From Chrysomallon squamiferum (taxonomy: Eukaryota > Animalia > Mollusca): a DNA stretch of 64,000 nt. Under the pieces are notes generated by a model, which did no database searches, was not told the origin of the DNA, and worked only from the letters and a program-made list of their open reading frames with translations. Each line of letters starts with the position of its first letter. Positions within the stretch are counted from its first letter, which is position 1. A program made the translations under genes and the position numbers. Shown in pieces: positions 15,318-27,300 of this stretch. The stretch is taken from NCBI GenBank assembly GCA_012295275.1, contig CM022672.1, positions 8,246,001-8,310,000 on the forward strand, read 5' to 3'.

Positions 15318-16135
15318 TTACATTTTTCTTCATCCGCTTACAGTCCATTCACTCATCCACCCTTACCTCTATAACTACCTTCTAGACAAGCCAGCTCAGA
15401 GACAAAAAGAAAAAAAAGATATATACATAATAGAAGCAATTAACTCCAGCTCAAGATTTTCTTTTTCAGTTCGTTTTTTTCTTCTTCTTCTTTCTTTCTT
15501 TCTTTATTTTAATTTAAAAAAAAAAAAAAAATTGAGGGCTGTGATGTGTTTGCTCATAATTGGTTCTCATTTTGTTTTTGTTTTGTTCTTGTTTTGTTTT
15601 TGTTTGTTTTTTGGGGTTTTCCCAGTTTTTTTTTATTTCTTTAATTTTTTTTTTTTTTTTTATTTAATTTAAATTCGAGAAACATGTTCTATGAACTTCA
15701 TTTAAAATCTATTGATCTGATTAAGGAGTGGTCGCTTTACACAGTCTTACCCATTGTCGCATCGCGTATTCCAACCGTGAAAACTGACATTTTAATAAAT
15801 GACGGATCTCGGTTAAATAAACAATTTCATATAGGCACTTGATAAAAACTAAAAAACAAAACATGAACCCAAAACCCGGCAAGAACACGTCAAAGCAAGT
15901 TTAAAACCGATTTCTTTATTTTACAAAGGCCGTTATTGTCAATAACAGCATGATTTCAATTAATTTTGTTCTATGGAAAAAAAAAAACAACGTTGGTTTA
16001 CTTACTAATTTATTGAGGCAGAGTGACGTCACGTGATCGTATTAAAGAGACATTCAATACGCGCCCATAAGTATTGATTTTTTGATTTATTGATAACAAA
16101 TAAAGGTTTATCTGTGTGGATGTGGGTGTTTGTTG

Positions 16136-16345
16136 AAACTTCGCGTTGACAACAAGGATGTGTACCTTCGGATCTAACAGTAGAGTGCTGAAGACTATGA
16201 TGTCGCTGTTTCTTAATATATTAATATATTAAGAGACACCGTCATCATAGTCTTAATATATTAATATATTAATAGCGACATCATAGTCATCAATACTCTG
16301 CTGTTAGATTCGAAGGTACACATCCTTGTTGTCAACGCGAAGTTT
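16136..16345. repeat. 210-bp foldback inverted repeat with nested palindromes (MITE-like or hairpin-RNA-like)
   Basis: The outer 35 bp (AAACTTCGCGTTGACAACAAGGATGTGTACCTTCG) are perfectly complementary to 16311-16345, and pairing continues inward with few mismatches. Confidence 0.9.
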
Positions 16346-16522
16346 GAGAGACAGCGACATTAAAGTCATGCTGTAAGGTTTTAAACATTTCAACACCACA
16401 TGCGCGCGAGCTGTTACACACACACACACACGTACACATACGTGACAAATGCATTCATAATGTAGATACTATGACCGAAGTAATATAGTTAACAGAATAT
16501 GATGAATATCAAAATAAATAAT

Positions 16523-16582
<60 letters not shown>

Positions 16583-17073
16583 GAAACATTGAAAGAAAAA
16601 GTTCTTAATATCATTATATTATTACTGTATGTACATTTAATTTTTATTTATTTATTTATTTTATTCTTTTTTATTCTTAGTTTTTAATTTTTATATTACT
16701 TTACGGATTTCTAGAGGCCCATATACAAATTCTGGATCCTCTCCTGACTATCAAGGTATACATTATTAGATAACGTTTTCTAATAGGATCTTATTTCTAC
16801 AAAGGAGAGCTAGTTCTAGGTGATACCGTCTGTTGACTTAATTTCTTTTCTCACGAAGCTAAAGTATATTTAGTTATGTCCTCAAGATTTCCATAGTTAT
16901 TTAACTTTTATTATTACACAATAATACTGTTTATCATTTACAGGTAGTTTTAACGTCGTTTGTTTTACTACTACTACTACTGCTGGTGCTATTGTTGTTG
17001 TTATTACATTTTATTCTTATTATTTAGGTTTTTTATTTATTCATTTATTTATTTTCCGGAGAAATTATTATTA

Positions 17074-17118
<45 letters not shown>

Positions 17119-17134
17119 TGCCAGGAATCCAGTC

Positions 17135-18948
17135 ATGTTGAGAACATGCAATCCGGGTGGTGTGCACGCGCCTCCTTTACTCAAATCGCACGCAGACTCA
17201 ACAGACAACATCCGGCGTCAAATTGTCGACATGGTGAGAATCAGCGAACGCAAAGGTCAAGCTGTGATATACGACCTTCACAGAGGCCACGGGGTCAAGG
17301 TTCAACCATTTACTGAACTCGATCCTAACAGATTGGAAAATATCGGTAAATCTGATCAGTGGCAGTCTGGTATCCGAAAGCTGCCGTCCAGGGGTAGACA
17401 ACCCAGGAATCAGCAGGAGTACAACAGACAGCAAGGCGGCGTCAGACAAAATGGTAAAGAAAATCGTGACTCCACGACGACTCTTCCTCCGAAACTCCCG
17501 CCTAGAAACTCCTCAATGTTACAGAAATCTGCAAAACAGTCACGAGAGATGCCCCAGTCAACGTACTCACACGTTCAACCAAAACCGACCTCGCAGGACA
17601 GTTTCAAGCGGTCGAGATCTGGACTAGCCAGCCAAAAACAAACGGCACCAAAGCCGAAAAACATTCGCCAGAAAACGGAAGATATCAACTCGCCTTATCA
17701 GTCCACCAGTTCGTCATCACCTTCAGACGAGAAAACCGGAAGTAGAGTATCAGGGGGACAACTCTGTCAGATCAGAGGCAGCGCTATATCCACGCAGAAA
17801 ACAAACGCACGTGCAGCTTCGCCAATCAAACGCGAGGAAGTGAAAAAACGGGCGAGCAGATTTTCAGCGTCTTTGGATTTTTTCCGACGTCGACTGAAAA
17901 TGAACCAGAGCAAATATCTCAGTCCTGACAACAATGCAAACAGCGAAAGTTACGTCATAAGGAAAGATGATATAAGAAACAGCTCGTGCAAACAGAAAAT
18001 AGACTTGCGTTTTGTGCCACGTCCACCAAGCACGGCTAAAACGACGAACCATAAATCAACTTCCGCAAACGACAGCAACGAAACTAAAGAAACTCGCTTT
18101 TCTTACAGACTTCCGGAAGTTGAAAACGACGAGGAAAGCCAGGTATGACGTAGTTAAAAAAACAACAAAAAAAAAAAACATAATATTCTTCCTGACAAGA
18201 ATTTGAAAACTGAAACATAATAACTACATTCAAAATTGTAACTACGTTTCTATCAGAATTTAAGACAATCGGTGTATGTGTCCATACCAACATCTTAGTA
18301 GGTGAAAATCAGATCATCATACGAGTATGAACTGACATTAAATATAGTAACGCTATGCTTTGAAATGTGATAATGTATTTTCACCTAGTAAAATCAATAA
18401 ACGAAAATGTTAATAATCTAGGTATTTTGTATGACTAGGTAAATTACCTTACAATCAGTTTAATAATATACTTCCAACAGTTTAAGGCTTCTTCACGTCC
18501 TACACCAGACTTGGTTCTTAAAAAAAAAAAATAATAAGAAAGAAAGAAAGAAAGAAAGAAAAGCAACATTTAACATTTCTAAAATTTCTTTTAATTTCAG
18601 GAAGTGACGTTGGGTGAAATGCGGACTCTTCCTCAGGTTGGCACGTACGTGTTGGAGGATGATGACGTAACTCCTGTAGTAGCCAATCAGGAGCCAGCAC
18701 CTTTGACATTACACAATGTCGAGATACACAACATGTTCATGGACGCACGAGCTAAAAAATACAAAATAACACTGAATGATGATGTCACATACGATATCCG
18801 TCTGCTTCGCTGGATTGATGACTCAAATACGCAAAAGCATCAAAAGATTGTCACGTTTGAAATGCCTCTGCCCGCCACGGATCGAGTGGATACTTCCACT
18901 CCTCCGATGTCTAAACCTCGACATCATAAATGGAATGATGTTATCTAA
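17135..18948 (+). CDS. Uncharacterised basic, largely disordered protein (about 450 aa, 2 coding exons)
   Basis: Exon 17125-18142 (acceptor TTTGCCAG, ATG 17135, donor CAG|GTATGA) joins in frame to 18601-18948 (acceptor TTTCAG). It is a long, GC-elevated ORF in an AT-rich background with no domain I recognise. Confidence 0.8.
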
Positions 18949-19969
18949 ATATTGTTATCTAAATAAACAAAACAGTTGTATAAACTTTGACGCCGTAATT
19001 GTTATCCGAACCTCAAAAAAACATATAAATGGAGTGATTTAATAGAAACTTCGATTTACAACCTAATGATAGTATCTAAACCTTCTAAACAAATATTCAC
19101 GTCGTTTGTTTAAAATTGTTATTCAAATCAGGGTCTCGTCTACGAAAAATTAAAGTACCATCTAAATATGGTGGAATGTGTGAACTGAGAAAAAAATACT
19201 GTTGAGAAAAACTTTTCTTAAATTCATGACTACATGTGGAATACAACCGTGTTAATCTAACTTTATTCTCTCGACATGTTTGAAAATGTGCACGGACAAA
19301 AAAAAATATTTGTTTTCTCAGAGAGAATAACATGTTTGTAAGATAACATGTCTGATAGCTCGTCGTTTAGATGTGTTCTGATGCACGTACAATTCTTCCG
19401 ATGCCGTCCTGGTTGTCATCTGTTTCACATAGTATCTCCAGATAACGACAGGAATAAAACAAAAGAAAATGTTTGTCCAGCTATTTGTTATCTACTGAAT
19501 TATATTTGTTCTGAACATAGCCATAATGGTCAGTGCCTGGACGTACTTCGCTCCACTGAAAACTGTTTCAGTAAAACACAAACCACAGATTAACATTCGA
19601 AAAGCAATGTGAAAAACCAAGTAACTGAGCTGTGTAACAAGTAATGTGTGATATTATTTCTGTTTTTATGTCTGTCTGTCTGTAGTATCTCCTAAGCGGA
19701 ATATTTGTTTTTAATTTTGGGCTTTATATACTTTTTCTTTCTTGCTATTTATTATTTATTTATTTTACTATATGTTTACTTACTTATTCACTTACTTACG
19801 TTTTTACGTATTTACGTATTTACGTACTTATTTTATTTTAAAAGCGTGCGTGTTTTAATTGGAATATAAATTATTATTATTAGATGTGGGTAAGACAAAT
19901 CTAACAAAAATCTGTCACTAATTTTCACATAATTAGATGAAGTAGCAGCAGCAACAACAATACATTAAT

Positions 19970-20016
<47 letters not shown>

Positions 20017-21374
20017 CATGATAATAATCATGATAATGAAACAAACAGCCAGTTTAAGAAAGTTTCCGTCTCCTGCAATTTCAGTCACTTTTGCTTACCT
20101 CACAACAAACATTTCGTAGATGGACGTTATTAACATTGATTTTAACATTACATTACCTGGCTGTATTTCTATGTGAAAATTTCGTACACTAGAAAACAAA
20201 ACAGGTTTAATATTGTTGAGGCGCACCTCGGAGCATGTTCCTGTATAAAATATAACAAGAGACCGAATCATTTTTATTTCCTCTGACTTTCGTTAGAACA
20301 TTCAACCAAATCATTTTTATTTTGACAGAATTTAGCTTAATTTCCTTGGAAATTCTTTTAGACAGTTAAATTAATTTTTATTTCGGGCGAGTTTAACGTT
20401 GAATTTCCATGGAGATATCTCTTCACAGTTGTATGAATCATTCGAACAATTTACATTCAGACTTTTGTTTTTCGATTTTGTGTTGTCATCAGTTTTCGAA
20501 ATGTGAGGTAATAATACAACTGTAAATCAAGCAGGCCTGTGTTTTACTATTGTATTTTTACCATTAAAGCATTATGTTAAAACTCATAATTCAGTCAACG
20601 TTTTCTTTTACTTTCGTTGTCATAGTGATTCGTTTCGATATCCCATGTCATCAGTTTCTCTATGATGGTATCCAGAAAACGTTCATTCATTTTGCATTAT
20701 TTCATGTAAGAATCGCTTTCGTCAACTCGGAAATCAGTTGATCATTTTTTTTTTTTTTCATCAGCTTTATTTTCGTTATTCAGGAAATAGTCACGGTTAC
20801 TGTATTTTCGGTGTTTCTTATTTTCGTCAGTTATTTCAGTAATCGCGATTTATTTCTTATTACGTCATTTTCATTATTTTGTCAACGTTTCATCTTCATT
20901 AGATATTCAGATTTTCACGAAATTTTTGTCTCAAATAGTGGAAGTACTAATGATTTAGGCTGACATTGTTTATTTAATATCAAATTAATTAACAAGATTA
21001 AACTCCGAAAAATATTTTTGGCACCTCTTTGTTGCATTTCCTACAAAACTTCCTAATCGAAGTTTCGGGAAATCAGCGCTGACCGATTTTGAAACATACC
21101 ATCCTTTCAGTAATTTACTTCAAAAACAGATTTTCGATTTTTGAAAAATTGAGGAAGTTACTGAAAGATAACTTTGGTCGTGAGTTAATACTGAGTGTTT
21201 GTAAACTCCAGTAATTTTCAGACTTATTCGATCTGGTTACAGACACCAGTATTAAATTTAGACAAGAATTGTTTTTAACGTCCAGACCGCTTTCGTCTTT
21301 TGTTTGTGTGAGTTAACAAAACTTTACTGTTTTATATTTAGCCCCAAACTGAATAAAGAAATGAAAAGAAGAAA

Positions 21375-21420
<46 letters not shown>

Positions 21421-21632
21421 TTTAAAAAGAAAAAGAAAAAAGAAAAAGAAAAGAACAAAAAGACGAAGGTATGATAATAATAATGATGATGATGTTGAAA
21501 ACAGTAATAAACTAAATACGTAAAATATAGATATATATCAGAGTAAATATTTCCTTATTGTTGCTGCTGAAACTTCTGTTAACCAAAATTTGACTTGTTC
21601 CATTTATAGGGCAAATATGACATTTGTAGTAC

Positions 21633-22306
21633 ATATCCGAGCATATATATTGATTTTAATTATCAAAATACACAAGGGAAATGTTTTTTTTATTATTATT
21701 ATTTATATATTAAAAACAAGTTATGAGTGTAGTTTATTTATTATTATTATTTTTTGTATTTATTTATTATAAAATGCAAACAGTATCCTTTGACTATTTG
21801 TTTTGTGATTTATTTCTTCCTATCTACTCCCGTTTATGATGATTAATTACACAAAAAAGACATACTACAATTTCATCTTTCTTGTACAAACCCGCACCCC
21901 AAAAACATTATAAAAAAAAAAAATCGTTGTATTAAGAGTCATTTATTATCGAACAGCGACATATTTACTAAACTTCTGATAGATTTAAAACGTAGAAAGA
22001 TGTATCCCAAGTCTATACAGTATACTTCGTTATGGTCAATAAAATTACATATAGGTTTTGTGAATTAAGTTATACACAAATGTTTTACGATACCAGAAAT
22101 AAAGAATTAACTGAGGTGTGAAAAATGTAAGATAATTAGGTTCATTTGGCGAAGCCTGTATTAAATATCCGAGCATATATATTGATTTTAATTATCAAAA
22201 TACACAAGGGAAATGTTTTTTTTATTATTATTATTTATATATTAAAAACAAATTATGAGTGTAGTTTATTTATTATTATTATTTTTGTATTTATTTATTA
22301 TAAAAT
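21633..22306. repeat. Direct repeat pair of about 142 bp (21633-21775 and 22165-22306)
   Basis: Near-identical copies starting ATATCCGAGCATATATATTG and ending TTATAAAAT. Confidence 0.9.
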
Positions 22307-22375
22307 ATTAAAAGTTATCACCAAGTATAAAAGGTTTATAAATCTTCCAGCTGATTTCCTTCAGACTAAATTTAG

Positions 22376-22502
22376 CTTCCACCCACTAAGTACCCACCTA
22401 GCTTACCATTTAACAATTCTGTAATCTGATTTCCACCCACTAAGCACCCACCTAGCTTACACTTTAACCTTTCTCTAATCAGATTTCCATCCATTAAGTA
22501 CC
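22376..22502. repeat. ~54-bp tandem repeat, about 2.3 copies (TTCCACCCACTAAGYACCCACCTAGCTTAC...)
   Basis: Direct reading of the sequence. Confidence 0.8.
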
Positions 22503-22597
22503 TCCTTGCACTTTTATAGTTCGGCTGTGTTACGTGACATTCAGAATACTTTTAAATCGAGAGCTAATCGGATTACAAAATCAACTAAGCACAAACT

Positions 22598-22707
22598 CAG
22601 GGTCGGATCCTGGATCTTTGAAATGTAGGTAGCGCACATAAATTTCAAGTCGTTAAAAATAGGAGACGCCTGTAGTGTTCTAGAACCTGGCTCTCTATCT
22701 GCGCCTG
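22598..22707. mobile_element. Possible degenerate short MITE (CAGG...CCTG termini)
   Basis: Begins CAGGGTCGGATCCTGG and ends TATCTGCGCCTG (imperfect TIR). A similar end, TCTGGATCCTCTCCTG, occurs at about 16730-16746. No clear TSD. Confidence 0.3.
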
Positions 22708-23927
22708 AAATCTAGTACAAGTAACAGGACTGGGTTTTAAAAAAAAAAAAAAAAAAAAATGAATTACAGTGTTTTTAGTTCTTGCTCAACTGAACAAACT
22801 GCTAGATATAATAATATCCAATGAAAATATTTCCCTGAAGTTGCATAATCGAAGTTTCTTGCACATGCCAATAATTCAGATCCGTTTGATTTAAAACAGC
22901 TTTCGATATAATACGGAAGTGAAATACCATTTTCTTTTCGTTAGAATTAATTCCCTTTGTTTTTCTGCATTTTATTTATGTATTTATATAATACTCATGT
23001 TTCATAGACTGCGAGGTTAATCATTCGAAATAATTAAAATAGTTTATCAATTTTTTTTTTCTATCGACATAAAAAAACACAAGTAATTTTTATTTTAAAA
23101 TTTGCAAATATTCTTAAATTGCAAATATTTGTCTTTGCCATAAAATTAGATTAAAAATAATATTTTTCTTAGTATTTTCGGTTATTATTATTTTATTTAT
23201 TTATTTTTATTTATTATTTTATTATTTTTCATTCTTCATATTTTTAACAATTGTTACATTACCAGTGCCAGTTTCTATAAAGGTTAGCTGTTTTGTACAT
23301 AAACATTCTACCATTCTTGTCACCTGTACCTGTGCTTACTTCCAGTGAATTTTCAAACACATTAACCCAGGTATTATCTCTGTGTGTGTATATATGTGGT
23401 GGAGGTATACATAATCATTTTGGTGCTTAGTTATTTGGTCATGGTTCATTTAACGTGTGATTTTTGAAAAAATGTAATATAAAAAAATAAAAAATTATAT
23501 ATATTATTATTATTAATTGTAAAGATAAAAAATGTTTGTTGAGGGTTAATCTGTTGAAAGCCACATGATTTTTTTTTATTCACATCCATTTAAAAAAAAA
23601 AAAGAATTTGTCAAAAAAAACCCATGTTTCCATATTTATGAGAAAAACAAATAATGATATTAATAATAAAAAATTATCAGATAATACAGAAATAAATATT
23701 TACTATTGATTTTATAAAATAAAATAAAAAAACAAGAAAAGAAGAAAAAAGTAATAAAATGTTTTCAGATTGAAATGTTTTTGTAAGAAATATTTGTTGT
23801 ATATTTAATTCAGTACACTTATTATTACTGTCTTACAAACCACATGGTGATTTTTGTTACTGTAATTTTTGACATATTTATTTTTGCATTAAAGAGTGAT
23901 AAGTAAAATTTGTTTATTTTTCTGTTC

Positions 23928-23992
<65 letters not shown>

Positions 23993-24378
23993 TCTTGAGT
24001 ATAAAATCACTAAATAAAATATTCAAAAAATCCTTTAATCTTAGATTGTGACAAATGTTATAATCAATGTATTATCTGTATTGAAAAATATATTAAAAAC
24101 AAAAACCGATATTGTAAAGAGCTTTATATTTCTGTTAGAAAATAATCACCAAAAGCATATTAGCAAGATCATTAAGAATATTTGTAGGATTTTCCAAATT
24201 TTGAAATAATTATGTCATATAAAAGACAAAGTCATACAAATATAACAGGATAATTTTAAAATATTTTTAACATCTATTGTATTTGAGAGTAATGTTATAG
24301 TAACAGAAAAATGTACTGAAGTTCACACTTATTGGATTATTTTGAAGTAGTAATAAACTTCACAGACAACTTCACGTC

Positions 24379-27300
24379 TTAAACCCTCGACTCGACAAAG
24401 TGAGCTGCGAGAGCAACCAGTGGAGACCCGGTGGGGAGACCTGGGAACGGTCCGCTGGAACCTGCTATGTCCAGGTGGGTGTACGGCAGCGGCTTGTCCG
24501 AATCAACGCCATGTTTGTCCATTCCGGACGCACGGATCATGAATGCTGCAGGGAACTGGTGACCTCTCGGGGTCATTGTGGAGGGTGAGTTGTTACACTG
24601 CAGTACGTCTTCATACTCACTGGGTCCTTTGACAAAGTCATAGTCCTGTACAAAATACATGGTTTATTTAACATACAAAACCATAAATGTGCTATGTATA
24701 CATATATATATATTTATAAATGATCGTTTTATTTATTTCAGTTTTCCTCACGTGATGTGAACAATAGATGAATCTAACTAAATACATTCTGTGTATTGTT
24801 CCATGTCAAAGTTCCAAATTAAGCTAACCTTTGTTAGCAATAAAAATAAATGGTAATAAAATAAAATATTTTCATGAAATATAAACATTAACTTAATTTC
24901 ACACATCCCTTGCAAACAAGACATACATTTTTTATTTTTTTTCTCATTAGATGTTTGTAAACACTAAGTATTATTTTAATTTCTTTCACAAGTAAATGAT
25001 GTTTCATTAATACTTTATTAAATTAGATTGTAATAGCTTTTTAGAAACAGCATTGAAAATGTTCATAATTTCACATTTTGATCACAGTTCCAACAGCAGG
25101 TAAACCAGGTAAGACTTCCATGAGAGAGTCTTGAAGAAGGGAGGTAATTTAACATTCATGTTGTTCACAGCAGTTTATTTTTTATATCAGTGATACAAGA
25201 AATAAAGCAGGTGTTCCAGAAAAGTAACATAATAAACTGGTTATATGTAATTTCCTGTCTATAATTTCACAGATAGTTAAACTTTTTAATGAGCAACAAC
25301 AACAACAACAATAACTAGACAAATTAAAGAAAAATCAGACTTACTTCTCGTCTGATGGTAGAGATTTCAAATGGATCACCAAAATCATCTCCAGTCGCTT
25401 GAATTTTCTGAGCATTGTTCATTTTCTTTGCTGGTCCATTGTCCAAAATACACTGGTTAAAAAAACAAAGAGAAGAAAAAAATGAAAAATATACAATAAT
25501 AATAGTAATAATAATGATAATAATAATAATAAAAGTAATAATAATAACAATAATAATAATAGTAATAATAAAAAAAATACCAATAACAAAAATACCAATA
25601 ATATTAATAATAACAAAAATACCAATATTATTAATAATAACAAAAATACCAATAATATTAATAATAATAAAAGTAAAAATAATAATAAATTGACTTTTTA
25701 TCTATTACTCATTTCTGTCAGTAATTTCAGCATCCCATTTTAAAAAAGCTGTGGGGACTGATTTTACTGAAATATTTGAAGTCACTAAAATATAAAATTT
25801 AACATTTCTGATTTCTTGTAACTGAAGTATTTCTGACGTCCAGTATTTTATTAAAGTAACAAGTGATCAGTGATATTCATTATTTGAAAACTAAAACAGC
25901 AGTTCTTAGTTAATCACATTAACTAGCTGTGTAAAACTTACAGTGTAGTTGGTGCCAACAGCTCGGATGGCGTGACCTGTGAGAGTAGCTATTGTAAAAA
26001 TCTGTGGATTTACCGCTTCTAAAGCCTGAAATAACAAGTATTATTAATTAAAAACATACTTATTAATTAAAGGAAATGAAATTAATAAAACAAAATTATA
26101 GCAACTCAAAACATACCAAGATATGGAAGCCCATCCTGACAGAAAATTATTTTCTTTTTTTAGAATTTATTTTCTTGGGAAGTTATACCAACCTTTTAAA
26201 GCTTTTTATGTATTGCACATAATGAAATTCTATGCACAGACTGAGACCTAAGTGAATGTTTACCAATAAGTAAAATGTAAAATGGAGGACTCACAAGTTC
26301 CTTGCACCGACACAGAGCATCTGCCAACACCATCCTTCCCTCAGCATCTGTGTTACCCACCCGGATTCGAACTCCTGCCCTTGAGGTGATGATCTCATCC
26401 GCAACATAACATTCTGTTTAAAAATAGTAAAATAGAAATTATTAGTAATAAAAAAAAAAAAATAATAATAATTATAATATAAACTTTTTTTTAAGATGAT
26501 CCATTTATCATTTATTTATCAGCTGCCCACAAACTGAAATAATACTTCAAAAGATCTTGACTATTTCTATCCAAGCTAATGCCCAATACAATGCATAAAA
26601 ATCCAAAGACGATGCTGTTTTGTTGATGGATAGTACATTTAAAAAAATAAAAATAAAAATAAATACATTGTTTTATTGGAGTTTTTCAAAAGACTGTAAA
26701 AATTACCAGTCAAATGTGTTGTTATTAAACACCATTGTTTTTGTTTTAATAAAATCATCTCACCTGAACCCACGCTGTTTCTCACCATCGTCATCACTCC
26801 AACAACCTTCAGACCTTTCGGTTTCAGAACAGAGACAGTCTGTGATTAATAAATAGATAAACAGATAAATAAACAAATAAATAAATAAATAAATAAACAT
26901 ACAAACAAATAAAACACTTGAATATTAAATTGATCAAAAGTTTCATTCACTGAAATCCTCACCTTCATAAACCCAGCCACTGCTGCTGCCCCACATTTAT
27001 CACGATGCATACCTGCCATCACTCCACCCGCCTTGATGTCAGCCCCACCTGTGTCGTAGGTGATACCCTGAAATAAAATACAAATTTTATTACATGCTGT
27101 AAATAATAGATTTCAATTTATTTTTATGCTTTTGTATGAAAATGCTTACAGAAAATTATTTATTTATTTATTATTATTATCATCATCATCATCATCATCA
27201 TTATCATTATGATTATTATTATTATCATTATTATTATTATCATTATTATTATTATTATTCATATTTTATTTTTATTTTATTTTAATTCTAAATTTTTTCT

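Noticed and set aside
26355-26380. GTTCGAATCC tRNA T-loop/B-box-like motif on the minus strand
   Set aside because: It lies within an aminopeptidase coding exon (GVRIRVG), and no cloverleaf forms.
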